Notes: a model not told the origin generated them from the sequence alone. Positions 39,112 to 48,514 are shown, numbered from the stretch's first letter. The stretch: 55,483 bases of DNA from Gemmatimonadaceae bacterium (GCA_035572595.1 DATNAM010000161.1:1-55483), one strand, 5' to 3'. Program-made: numbers and translations.

Positions 39112-40473
39112 CTACTTGGAGTGCGCCGCCTTCTTCTTCTTGGCGGTCGCGACCGCCTTTTTGCCGTGCGACGACGTCACCGTGTGATGCTTGGCGATGC
39201 GCACGCTCGACTTCGTGCCGCGGTGACGGACGCGGCGATGATGGCGCCGCACGACGTGGTTCCATCCGCTCGCGCGATCGGCGCGGAACGACACGGGCAT
39301 CGCGATGAGCTGGTCGGGATCGTCGGTCACCGCTACTGCCGCCGCGTCGGACAAATCCGCGCGAATGTCGGCGATCACTTTCTCGGGCCGGCGCGCGCGC
39401 GGCTCGTGCACGCGATTCGTGAGCAGAATGACGAACATGTCGCGGTCGGGATCGATCCACATCGACGTGCCCGTGTAGCCGACGTGTCCGAACGCTTCAT
39501 CGCTCAGGTAGCGGCCCGAGCCCCACTGTCCGTCGGCCATCGCCCAGCCCAAGGCGCGACTGCCGGCCGCGCGATGGGTGAACACCTTGATGGTCGAATC
39601 GGCGACGATGCGCAGGCCGTTGTACTCGCCGCCGTTGAGAATCATCTGGGCGAAGATGGACAGGTCGCCCGCGGTGCTGAAGAGTCCCGCGTGCCCGGCC
39701 ACGCCGCCTAACGCATAGGCGTTTTCGTCGTGCACTTCGCCCTGGAGCGGATAGCCGCGCGGCGGCGTGTCTTCGGTGGGCGCCGTGCGGTACTTCACCG
39801 AATCCGCCGGGCGGTAATACGTGTTGGTCATGCCTAACGGCTGGAACACCCACATGCTCAGGTACTCGTCCAGCGGCTGGCCGCTCAGCTTTTCGACGAG
39901 GAAGCCGAGTGTCATGGCGCCCAGGTCGGAGTAGACGTATTGCGAACCGGGCTTGTACTCGAGCGGCGTCGAGAGCACGATCTGCCGCGCCTGTTCGGGC
40001 GACGACGCGAGACGCCACAGCTCACGGTCGGCGGGCAAGCCCGAGCGGTGCTCGAGGAGTTCGCGAATGGTGACGCTGTCCTTCTCGCCGCCCCCGAACT
40101 CGGGCAAATACTTAACGACCGGGTCATCGAGCTTGAAGAGACCCTTGTCGTATAAAATCATGATGGCGGTGGTGGTGCCGACGACTTTGGTGAGGGAGGC
40201 GAGGTCGTACTCAGTCTGGGTGGGGGAAACGCGCGCGCTGGATGATTTCCAATCGATCCGACCGAACCCCTTCTCCCAGACGACAGCGCCCTTTCGGCCC
40301 ACCACGACGGCAGCGCCAGGAAATCCGCCCGCGTGAATGCCGCGTTCGACGACGCGATCAATGACCTTGAGCCGCGCCGCGGACATGCCGACGGCCGCCG
40401 GTGTCTTGACCGGAAGTCCGCCGTCTCCACCTACGATGGCAAGCGCAGCAAGCAGGGCAATGACCACGGGCAA
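39112..40473 (-). CDS. Beta-lactamase-family serine hydrolase with a highly basic C-terminal tail
   Basis: Has the SxxK motif ASLTKV, the segment YVYSD and an N-terminal hydrophobic anchor. The last 60 aa are rich in K/R/H (…KKAVATAKKKKAAHSK). Confidence 0.88.
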   Translation of the reverse strand: MPVVIALLAALAIVGGDGGLPVKTPAAVGMSAARLKVIDRVVERGIHAGGFPGAAVVVGRKGAVVWEKGFGRIDWKSSSARVSPTQTEYDLASLTKVVGTTTAIMILYDKGLFKLDDPVVKYLPEFGGGEKDSVTIRELLEHRSGLPADRELWRLASSPEQARQIVLSTPLEYKPGSQYVYSDLGAMTLGFLVEKLSGQPLDEYLSMWVFQPLGMTNTYYRPADSVKYRTAPTEDTPPRGYPLQGEVHDENAYALGGVAGHAGLFSTAGDLSIFAQMILNGGEYNGLRIVADSTIKVFTHRAAGSRALGWAMADGQWGSGRYLSDEAFGHVGYTGTSMWIDPDRDMFVILLTNRVHEPRARRPEKVIADIRADLSDAAAVAVTDDPDQLIAMPVSFRADRASGWNHVVRRHHRRVRHRGTKSSVRIAKHHTVTSSHGKKAVATAKKKKAAHSK

Positions 40474-40911
40474 CCCCTCTTCTCAAAAACGACCAGCGAA
40501 CCCCTGTCTCTGCGAGGCGTGAACGTGGCACGACTCGGAGTTCGGGGTTTATACCCCGGGGCTCAGCACACGGCGATGGCGATCGGTTGTCGCAAGAACG
40601 AGAGCAGTCAGCGCAAACCGTATTGCGAACCGGAGACTGGCGGGCTTGCGTCCGGCGGGACGACCACACGACTTGAGGTCGGGCGAGCTATCCTACTTCA
40701 ATATGTGGGGTTGCATCCAGTTGGCAAGACGAAATACATCGGCTGCCGTCACGATCTGTTCACCCGTCGATCTCAGCCGCGGTGGTGGTAGTGCCGCGTC
40801 GGTCTGCGGTGGAGTCGCGGCAGCTGTCGGTCGGTTCGACCGGCATTCACTATTGTTCGGCGATGCGGGCCGCGGCCGGCGAGTACACGGCAACCCGAAG
40901 CCCACGCGCGG

Positions 40912-41514
40912 GTGACCAATCAGGCAACCGGGATGGAAACGGATCACTCACTCATTCGGCGCGCCATCGACGGCGATGAGCGGGCGCTGCGGCAGATTTG
41001 GTCGCAGTACTCGCCGCACATCGACGCGGTCGTGAAGCGCCTGGTGGGAGGCGATCCGGACCTCGCGGCCGACATCGCGCAGGACGTGTGGATCCAGATC
41101 TTCCGCGCGTTAGGCAGCTACCGCGGCGATGCGCAGTTCGGAACGTGGGCGCATCGCATCGCGGTGAACCGGACGTTGAACGCGCTGCGCAAAGCGCGAC
41201 GGATCGGACGCCTGGAAGTCGACATCGACGAAGATTCTGCGGCCGTCGAGATGGACCACGATCGGGCATTTCTGGCCGCGTCCATCGGCGACGCGGCGGC
41301 GCGGCTCCCTGCCGGTGCGCGGACGGTGTTCCTGCTGCACGATGTGGAAGGCTACACGCACGATGACATCGCCCGTGAGTTAGGCATTACCGCGGGCGCT
41401 TCGAAATCGCAACTTTTCAAGGCTCGCGCGAGGCTTCGCCGGCTGCTCGCGCACCTGGTCGATGTCCAAACGCCGGCAACGGAACTTCGAACTCATGCTG
41501 CACCTCGATCCTGA
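40912..41514 (+). CDS. ECF sigma factor (sigma-70 family)
   Basis: Region 2 reads DIAQDVWIQIFR ... FGTWAHRIAVNRTLN. Region 4 reads DIARELGITAGASKSQLFKARARLRRLL. The start is GTG 40912 or ATG 40933. Confidence 0.85.
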   Translation: MTNQATGMETDHSLIRRAIDGDERALRQIWSQYSPHIDAVVKRLVGGDPDLAADIAQDVWIQIFRALGSYRGDAQFGTWAHRIAVNRTLNALRKARRIGRLEVDIDEDSAAVEMDHDRAFLAASIGDAAARLPAGARTVFLLHDVEGYTHDDIARELGITAGASKSQLFKARARLRRLLAHLVDVQTPATELRTHAAPRS

Positions 41515-42196
41515 GCGTCTAGCCGCGTTGGCCGAAGAGCAGCCGACGCACGACGAAGCGGCGCACCTGGCCGCGTGTCCGGCGTGCGCGCGCGAACAGG
41601 CGGCCTACGAGGAGCTCGTGGCGATGGCGGCCCACGAGCGCAACAATGTTTTGACCCGTCCCCTCACCGACTGGCAGTCGCTGTCGGCGAGGCTGGCGGA
41701 AGAGCCCGTCCGGGTGGCGACGCGCGTCCGTGGCGGCGGTCTCCCGCGCGCCTGGATGCAAATCGCGGCCGGACTCGTGATTGCCGCCGGTGGGTTGGCC
41801 GTCGGCCGCGCGTCGGCCGCGCGCACGGTGAGCAACGACGGCACGACGCCGGCCGCGACCGTCGCGCAGAACGCGACGGATTCGTCGCACGTGCAACTGG
41901 CGAGCGTGGGCGATGCGATGGCACTCATGCATCGCGCGGAAAGCGACTACCGGTTGGCCGCGGCGTTCGTCGTCGCCCACGACACGTCGTATCGCGGCGT
42001 GGCAGGCGTCGATCGATATCGCCAGCGGCTCGCTGCGCTCGACCGCGTGTCCGATGCGGCGCTCGCCGCGGCCAACCAGGCCCCGGCGGATCCCGTGATC
42101 AATCAGTATCTCATCTCGGCGCGCACGGCGCGCGAGGTGACGCTGCAGCAGCTCAACGGCTCGCTCCCGGCGGGCATGTCGTTGGCCAGCTACTAA
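41495..42196 (+). CDS. Anti-sigma factor (zf-HC2-like, single-pass membrane)
   Basis: Has HLAACPACAREQ and a TM helix WMQIAAGLVIAAGGLAVG. It overlaps the sigma gene end by 20 nt. Confidence 0.7.
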   Translation: MLHLDPERLAALAEEQPTHDEAAHLAACPACAREQAAYEELVAMAAHERNNVLTRPLTDWQSLSARLAEEPVRVATRVRGGGLPRAWMQIAAGLVIAAGGLAVGRASAARTVSNDGTTPAATVAQNATDSSHVQLASVGDAMALMHRAESDYRLAAAFVVAHDTSYRGVAGVDRYRQRLAALDRVSDAALAAANQAPADPVINQYLISARTAREVTLQQLNGSLPAGMSLASY

Positions 42197-43398
42197 TGAG
42201 GTCGATGCGCATTCGCCGAACCGTGACCCGCGGCGCGACGCTGATCGCGTCGGCCGTCGCCTCGGGGGCGATCCTCGTTCCGTTAGGCACAGCGGCGGCG
42301 CAGCAGGACACGCCGGCTCCGCCGTCGTGCGTGGAGTGCGACAGCACCGATGCCGCGCGCGCCGATCGCGAGCTCGCCGAAGTAACGGCGCGCCTCGAGA
42401 GCGCCCGCCAATCGATGGTCGACGCGCTGAAGCTCGCCATGACGATGCACGATTCGAGCGGCGTCGCCGCCGAGGCGCTGGCCCGCGCCAACGGCAACCT
42501 GCGACGCGCGCAAGAGCGCTTCGCGGAAGTGACTAACGAGCTGCTGCGCCGCCGTATGGCGCTCGATCGCATCGAGATCGGCAGCGGCCGGGCGCTGCGG
42601 ACAACCCGTGTCGCGACGGGCGAGACCGACGCCTCCCGAGGCTACCTCGGCGTCACGTTCTCGGCGAGCACGCGCGACGTGCGGCAAGAAAGTGGCAGGG
42701 TGCTCATGCGCTTCGATGATTATCCGACCATCGAATCGGTGGACCCGGAGTCGCCGGCGGAACGCGCCGGCCTGGAAGCGGGTGACAAACTGCTCTCGCT
42801 CGACGGCAAGGATGTGACAGTCGGCTCCGAACCGTTTTCGATACTGCTCAAACCGGGCTCGCACCTGCGGCTCAGCGTGAAGCGTGGTTCGGACACCAAG
42901 CACCTGAGCGCGTTGGTCGCGAAACGTCCACCATCGTCATGGGCGCAAGTGTGGACGGGCCCGACGACCGTGCGCGTCTTTCCGACGCCGATTCCGCCCT
43001 CGGCACCGGTGGCGATCGTCACGCCGCGACCGCCAGCGTCGGACGAAGACTCATCCGTCGAGATCATGGTCGCTCCGCTCGGAACGACGGGATTCATCTC
43101 GCGACCCGGCGGATCGTCGCTGTCCGTGGTAGCCGGCGCCCAGGTAATGCCGGTTGGCAACCTCGCCGACTACTTCGGCGTGACGCAGGGCGTGCTCGTG
43201 CTGCGCGTGGAGTCGGGCACGGTGGCAGCCCGATCGGGTCTGCAGGATGGCGACGTGATCGTGCGAGCGGGCGGCCGTGACATCGGGACGCCGTCGGGCT
43301 TGAGTCGCGCAGTGTATCGCGCGTCCGACTCGCAGCTCCAGTTGGACATCATCCGACTCAAGAAAAAGAAAAGCGTTCTGCTCAAGTGGGACAAATGA
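42196..43398 (+). CDS. Secreted protein with two PDZ-like domains, no protease domain
   Basis: TAATG start/stop overlap with the anti-sigma gene. It has a signal peptide. The PDZ-like segments are SPAERAGLEAGDKLLSLDG and VAARSGLQDGDVIVRAGG. Confidence 0.75.
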   Translation: MRSMRIRRTVTRGATLIASAVASGAILVPLGTAAAQQDTPAPPSCVECDSTDAARADRELAEVTARLESARQSMVDALKLAMTMHDSSGVAAEALARANGNLRRAQERFAEVTNELLRRRMALDRIEIGSGRALRTTRVATGETDASRGYLGVTFSASTRDVRQESGRVLMRFDDYPTIESVDPESPAERAGLEAGDKLLSLDGKDVTVGSEPFSILLKPGSHLRLSVKRGSDTKHLSALVAKRPPSSWAQVWTGPTTVRVFPTPIPPSAPVAIVTPRPPASDEDSSVEIMVAPLGTTGFISRPGGSSLSVVAGAQVMPVGNLADYFGVTQGVLVLRVESGTVAARSGLQDGDVIVRAGGRDIGTPSGLSRAVYRASDSQLQLDIIRLKKKKSVLLKWDK

Positions 43399-43439
43399 AA
43401 CGGCGCTTGGCCGGCTACTGTGCCGGCCAAGCGCCGTTT
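43398..43439. terminator. Bidirectional intrinsic terminator (18-bp perfect stem)
   Basis: AAACGGCGCTTGGCCGGC-tactgt-GCCGGCCAAGCGCCGTTT lies between convergent genes. A/T runs flank both sides of the stem. Confidence 0.85.
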
Positions 43440-43458
43440 CTGACGTTGCACTTGCTGC

Positions 43459-44271
43459 TTACTTGCCTTCGCGAATGCTGCCCGGCGGGAGCGTGTAGAG
43501 CAGCTTCATCGTCGCGCGGTCGGCGTTCGACAAGTCGCGCACACGGACACGCGCCGTCATGATGTCGGTCGTGTCGTTCGTGTGGTCGAGGCCTAACAAG
43601 TGGCCCACCTCGTGTAACGCGATCGCCTTCACGCTCGAATCATCAAGCGCCTCGCCGGCGTTGTGGTGGAGCGCCAGCGTGATGTTGGCGCTCACGATCC
43701 ACCAGCTGCGATCGCGCGCCCAGAGCGTCTTGCCGCTGATCGGCGTGTCGAAGTGATCGATCCACGCGACGTGCACGTCGGCGTCCGCCGAGTCGGTGAC
43801 GAACTGGAAGCGCACGGGAATTCCGAGATCGCTCCACTCCTCGAACGCATCGCGGACGCGGGCGGGGAACGTGTCGCTCCAGCCGGGAATGCCGGCACCG
43901 CTGCCGATCCACACCTTGATTGGCTGCGTGGTACGGTCGGGCCAGCGGGCGAGCGACGAATCGCGCTCCAGCAGAATCTCATCGATGTACGTGCCGGCCG
44001 CTCCGCTGGCCAAGCGCTCGCGCACCTCGCCGACATCACGTGCCGTCGCAGTCGCGACCGCGGGCATTGGCGCCGGTGCGGCCATCACCGGCTCGGCGGC
44101 GTGACGCATGATGCGGGCAACGCCTAACCGGCCGGCTTCGGAGTGTGCTTCGACGGGGACAGCGCTCACGCGCGGCTCGGACGCAGGACGCGAAGCTTGC
44201 GTGACCTGAGCGGCCACGAAGCCGAGCAACGGGAGCAAAATGAAAACTGGAATGAGGTCCGTACGCTTCAT
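43459..44271 (-). CDS. Matrixin (M10) family zinc metalloprotease, secreted
   Basis: Has the HExxHxxGxxH motif ALHEVGHLLGLDH. I took the start at MKRTDLIPVFILLPLLG (ATG 44271). Confidence 0.85.
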   Translation of the reverse strand: MKRTDLIPVFILLPLLGFVAAQVTQASRPASEPRVSAVPVEAHSEAGRLGVARIMRHAAEPVMAAPAPMPAVATATARDVGEVRERLASGAAGTYIDEILLERDSSLARWPDRTTQPIKVWIGSGAGIPGWSDTFPARVRDAFEEWSDLGIPVRFQFVTDSADADVHVAWIDHFDTPISGKTLWARDRSWWIVSANITLALHHNAGEALDDSSVKAIALHEVGHLLGLDHTNDTTDIMTARVRVRDLSNADRATMKLLYTLPPGSIREGK

Positions 44272-44584
44272 CGCGATCGGGTACCGAATCGGGGCCAGAT
44301 AGTTAGGAGCCGACATCGGCTCCGCTCATCCAGCTTGACGAGCGAGCGGCGCGCTGGGGCACGTGCGAACAGAGCGCGCGCGCTGAAGCAGCGTGATGAC
44401 TATTGCATGTGAATAAGGAACGGCGGCGGGAGCAACATTTTGTGGCAGCAGCTGGATGCGACCGAAACATGGCGACGATGCGCGCAAGAGACAACTGCTT
44501 GGCCGAACGCGGTATGCGCGGCGTCTGGCACAACGGCCGTGACTCCCCTAAGCTGGAACGGCCATTCACGGACGGAACCAGTCG

Positions 44585-47209
44585 ATGCCCGCTATGGACC
44601 GCGAGCGGTGGAAGGAGCTCGAACCGCTGCTCGATCATGCACTCGATCTGCCGGACGCGGAGCGTGAGCGCTGGCTGAGCGAGCTCAGCATTAGCTCGCC
44701 CGCGATCGCCTTCGAGTTGACGTCGCTCCTTTCGGGCGATGAGCAGGCGGACCGCAGTGGATTCATGACCGAGCCCGTCGCTGTGTCGCTCACCGGACTC
44801 GAGTTGGGTGCGTATACGCTCGAAGCGCCGATCGGGCAGGGTGGAATGGGCTCGGTGTGGCTCGCCCGGCGTACGGATGGGCGTTTCGAGGGACGCGCGG
44901 CGGTGAAACTGCTCAACCTGGCCCGGTTGAGTCCCTCGGGCCAAGCGCGGTTCCAGCGCGAGGGCTCGATGCTCGCCCGCCTAACGCACCCCGGCATCGC
45001 CCGGCTGCTCGACGCGGGTGTGAGCCCGAGCGGTCAGCCCTATCTGGTTCTGGAGCACGTGGACGGCAAGCCGATCGACGTGTACGTCCGCGAGCAGCGA
45101 TTGGGAATCGACGCGCGCATCCGGCTGGTGCTGGATGTGATCGCGGCGGTAGGGCACGCGCATTCGAACCTGATCGTGCACCGCGATCTCAAGCCATCCA
45201 ACATCCTCGTGACCAAGGATGGCGCGGTGAAGCTGCTGGACTTCGGCATCGCGAAGCTGCTCGATCGGTCTGCCGCCGGCGCGCAGACGGCGCTCACGGC
45301 CGACGGCGGCCGCGCCTTCACGCCCGACTACGCGGCGCCGGAACAGGTGCGCGGCGGCGGGATCACGACGGCCACCGACGTCTATGCGTTAGGCGTGCTG
45401 CTCTACGTGATCGTGTCGGGCACGCATCCCACGGCCGAAGGCTGCACGTCCGCCGCGGACGAGCTCCGCGCACTGTTCGATGTCGAGCCGGCGCGCCTGG
45501 GCCGGGGCGATCTCGACAACATTCTCGCCAAGGCGCTGCGAAAGGATCCGCGCGAGCGTTATCAAACCGTGGCCGCCCTCGGACAGGATCTCGAGCGGTT
45601 GCTGCGCCACGAGCCGGTGAGCGCGCGGCGCGATTCGCTCGCGTATCGCGGTCGCATGTTCGTGCGGCGCCACCGCACGACGGTGATGGCCGCGACGGCG
45701 GTGGCACTGGTGCTCGTGGCGGCGACCGCGTTTTCTGTGGCGAAGATGCGCGATGCCCAACGCCAGCGCGATGCGGCGCTCGAAGCCACGCGACGAGCCA
45801 ACGCGCAAGCGGAGTTTCAATCGGTGCTCATGAGCCAGGTCGGCGAGAAGCCGATCACGATGAAAGAGATTCTGGACCGCGGCCGCACGGCGGTGGAGCA
45901 GGAATACGGCAGGCAGCCGCGACTGCTCGTGCCCATTCTGCTGCAACTGGCGGATCAATACGGGGCGTTGAGCGACACCAAGGTTCGCGCGGCGCTGCTC
46001 GCGCGGGCCGAGTCGCTGGCGGCGGCCATTCCCGACAGCGCGGCGTTGCTCGAGGCGCGCTGCGATGACGTGGACATCCTGCGGGCTGAGGGCGAGTACG
46101 ACGTCGCGCACACGCGGTTGCAGTCGCTCGAGCGCGTCATCGAGCGCGCGGACGCGAGAACCGCATCGCTGTGCCTGTTGGTGGCGGCGGCGCTCGATGT
46201 CGAAGCGGGTCCCGTCGAGCGCAGCGGTCCCGAGATCCAGCGTGCACTCGCCATCCGGGACAGCTTGGGCCTAACGAACGATCTCGAGTACGTCGGCATG
46301 CTGGCCACCTCCGCCGACGCGTCGTTCGCGAGCGGCCATCATCGGGAAGCGCTCGACGCGCTGCGCCGCGGCATTGCCATCTTGGACCGCACGGGGCGCG
46401 GCGAAACACTGGCGCAGGTAACGCTCCGCCACAATCTGGGCGACATGCTGAGGAACCTGGGCCAGACGGCGCAGGCGGAGTCGATTTTGCACGACGTGCT
46501 CGACCAGGTGTCGCGCAGCGATCCCTCGGGGCGCGTTCCCGAGCAACCGCTGATCCACTACGCGCATGCGGCGCTGTTCCAGGGCGATGCCGACTCGGCG
46601 GCGAGGTACTACGGCGTGCTCGTGGATCAGGCGACCACCGGCCACGACCCGTATTGGCAGGCCCGCGGGTTGTTCGGACTGGCGTTGGCGCAGATTCAGT
46701 TAGGCAAGTTTGCGGACGCCGGCCGCAGCGCGGCGCGGCTCAAGGCGATCGAGGTGCACTTGGCCGTCCGCAGCGTGGACGACCATGTCACGGATTCGCG
46801 GCTCATCGACGCGCATCTCGCCATGGCGCGTGGTGACACCAGTCTGGCGCGCAGGGATGTCGAGAACGTGTTGCGCGAGCAGGGCTACTTTGACGGGAAG
46901 CGACGGCGCGTCTTTGAAGCCGCGCTGGTACTGGCATCGGAGGCCGCGCTCGGCTCTCGGCAGGCGGCGGCGGCGTTGCGGTATGCGCGTGATGCGGGTG
47001 ACGTCTCGTCGTTGGATTCGGCCACGGTGCCGAGCGACGCGTTCGTGGGCGATGCGCAGGTGGCCGAGGCGCGCGCGCTGCTGGCGGAGGGTGACACGGC
47101 GTCGGCCAAGCGGGCGTTGGATTCCGCGGTCGCCGAGCTCACGGCGGGCGCCGGCGCGCGCCATCCGCGGGCGGTGGAGGCGTCGCGCCTGCTCGCGGCG
47201 CTTCGTTAG
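44585..47209 (+). CDS. Membrane Ser/Thr protein kinase with a C-terminal TPR-like domain (second copy)
   Basis: Shows GQGGMGSVWLA, AVKLL, HRDLKPSNI, DFGIAK and APE. There is a TM helix VMAATAVALVLVAATAFSV. The stop TAG lies inside a motif copy. Confidence 0.92.
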   Translation: MPAMDRERWKELEPLLDHALDLPDAERERWLSELSISSPAIAFELTSLLSGDEQADRSGFMTEPVAVSLTGLELGAYTLEAPIGQGGMGSVWLARRTDGRFEGRAAVKLLNLARLSPSGQARFQREGSMLARLTHPGIARLLDAGVSPSGQPYLVLEHVDGKPIDVYVREQRLGIDARIRLVLDVIAAVGHAHSNLIVHRDLKPSNILVTKDGAVKLLDFGIAKLLDRSAAGAQTALTADGGRAFTPDYAAPEQVRGGGITTATDVYALGVLLYVIVSGTHPTAEGCTSAADELRALFDVEPARLGRGDLDNILAKALRKDPRERYQTVAALGQDLERLLRHEPVSARRDSLAYRGRMFVRRHRTTVMAATAVALVLVAATAFSVAKMRDAQRQRDAALEATRRANAQAEFQSVLMSQVGEKPITMKEILDRGRTAVEQEYGRQPRLLVPILLQLADQYGALSDTKVRAALLARAESLAAAIPDSAALLEARCDDVDILRAEGEYDVAHTRLQSLERVIERADARTASLCLLVAAALDVEAGPVERSGPEIQRALAIRDSLGLTNDLEYVGMLATSADASFASGHHREALDALRRGIAILDRTGRGETLAQVTLRHNLGDMLRNLGQTAQAESILHDVLDQVSRSDPSGRVPEQPLIHYAHAALFQGDADSAARYYGVLVDQATTGHDPYWQARGLFGLALAQIQLGKFADAGRSAARLKAIEVHLAVRSVDDHVTDSRLIDAHLAMARGDTSLARRDVENVLREQGYFDGKRRRVFEAALVLASEAALGSRQAAAALRYARDAGDVSSLDSATVPSDAFVGDAQVAEARALLAEGDTASAKRALDSAVAELTAGAGARHPRAVEASRLLAALR

Positions 47210-47229
47210 GCGAGTGCCTAGCGCCTAAC
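47205..47229. repeat. Inverted pair of the heptamer motif: GTTAGGCG-agtgcctag-CGCCTAAC
   Basis: An 8-bp perfect stem with a 9-nt loop. Each arm contains the stop codon of one of the two convergent genes. Confidence 0.85.
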
Positions 47230-47806
47230 TGGCGGTTGGTTTGCCGTCTCCCAGGATCGAACGGTGCAGCAACGCGCGGGCCTTGCGCCAGTCGCGCTGG
47301 ACGGTTCGATCGGAGACGCCGCGCAGGCCGGCGATTTCGGTGAACGAGAAGCCGCAGAAGAAGTGGAGGTCCACGAGCTCGGCGAGACGCGGCTCGATCG
47401 ACGCCAGCTCGTCGAGCGCGTCGCCTAACTGGGTCAGATCGGTGGCGTCCGCGGCCCCGAATTCGGCCGGCGCTTCGCTGCCATCGAGCGTCACCTCGAA
47501 GTTGGTGCCGCGCTTTCTGGCGCGACGCCGCCGCGCGTAGTCGATGATGAGACCGCGCATGGCGCGAGACGCATACGCGAGAAACCGCAGCCGGTCGGGG
47601 AACGCAAGCTGCGGCCGCCCCGTCATGTTGAGGTAGGCTTCGTGAAGCAGTGTGGTGGCGCCCAGCGTAACGGATGCGTTGGCGCGCCGCAGCTGGCTCT
47701 CGGCCAGACGATGCAGCTCGTGGTACAGCATCCGAAACAGCTTGTCCGCCGCAACAGGGTCGGCCTCGTCAGCGCGCTGGATCAGGGCATCGAGCTCGGT
47801 TTCCAC
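47225..47806 (-). CDS. ECF-type sigma factor (Sigma70_ECF family, kinase-associated type; second copy)
   Basis: Shows TTLLHEAYLNM, RRRRARKRGT and FFCGFSFTEIAGLRGVSDRTVQRDWRKARALL. Confidence 0.85.
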   Translation of the reverse strand: METELDALIQRADEADPVAADKLFRMLYHELHRLAESQLRRANASVTLGATTLLHEAYLNMTGRPQLAFPDRLRFLAYASRAMRGLIIDYARRRRARKRGTNFEVTLDGSEAPAEFGAADATDLTQLGDALDELASIEPRLAELVDLHFFCGFSFTEIAGLRGVSDRTVQRDWRKARALLHRSILGDGKPTAS

Positions 47807-47926
47807 TTCTCCTCGACGACGGCGAAGGTACGACGGTCATAATCTGGCGCCGGGAACGTACAGCGCTCATGACCGTCGCGAAACGTCCGTAGCCGAATTC
47901 GCAGGGCAAGCGTGCGCATCCGCGGA

Positions 47927-48514
47927 TCAGCGCGCGGCGCGCACCGCGGCCTCGCGCTCGAGGAGAGCTCGTTTCCGTTCGACGCCCCACCGGTAGCCGG
48001 TGAGAGCGCCGTCGCGCGCGACGACGCGGTGGCAGGGGATGACGATGGCGATGGGGTTGACCGCGCAGGCGGTGCCGACCGCGCGCGCGCAGCCCGGGCG
48101 GCCGAGCTGCGCCGCGATGTCGCCGTACGTACTGGTGCTGCCGGCCGGGATGGCGCGGAGCGCGCGCCAGACTTCCTGTTGGAACGGCGTGCCGCGGGCG
48201 TCGAGCGGTTCATCGAGCGCGGGGCCGGGATGATCGATGTACGCCACGATCTTGGCGGCGAGCGAATCGAGCGCCGGATCGGCGCCGGCGAATTTGCCTA
48301 ACGGGAAGCGGGCGCGGAGCTCGCGGCGCAAAACAGCGCGGTCGTCGCCCAGAAGCACGGCGGCGAGTCCGGCCGCGCTGCGCGCGACGAGCACGAGGCC
48401 GATTGGCGACCGAACGATCGCGACGCGCAGGACGTCGGTGCCGGCGCGGCGCGCGGGCTCGGCGGCGCTCTTCGCGCGGCGCGTATGGCTGCGAGCAGCG
48501 AGTGATGTAGTCAT
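47927..48514 (-). CDS. ogt: Methylated-DNA--protein-cysteine methyltransferase
   Basis: Has the active site IPCHRVV and an MGMT N-terminal domain. Confidence 0.9.
   Translation of the reverse strand: MTTSLAARSHTRRAKSAAEPARRAGTDVLRVAIVRSPIGLVLVARSAAGLAAVLLGDDRAVLRRELRARFPLGKFAGADPALDSLAAKIVAYIDHPGPALDEPLDARGTPFQQEVWRALRAIPAGSTSTYGDIAAQLGRPGCARAVGTACAVNPIAIVIPCHRVVARDGALTGYRWGVERKRALLEREAAVRAAR

Noticed and set aside
40825-40848. A tRNA-like GGTTCGA (T-loop-like) sequence in the long intergenic gap.
   Set aside because: The flanking bases do not form a 5-bp T-stem with a 7-nt loop, and no acceptor or anticodon arms could be drawn. No tRNA is called anywhere in the window.
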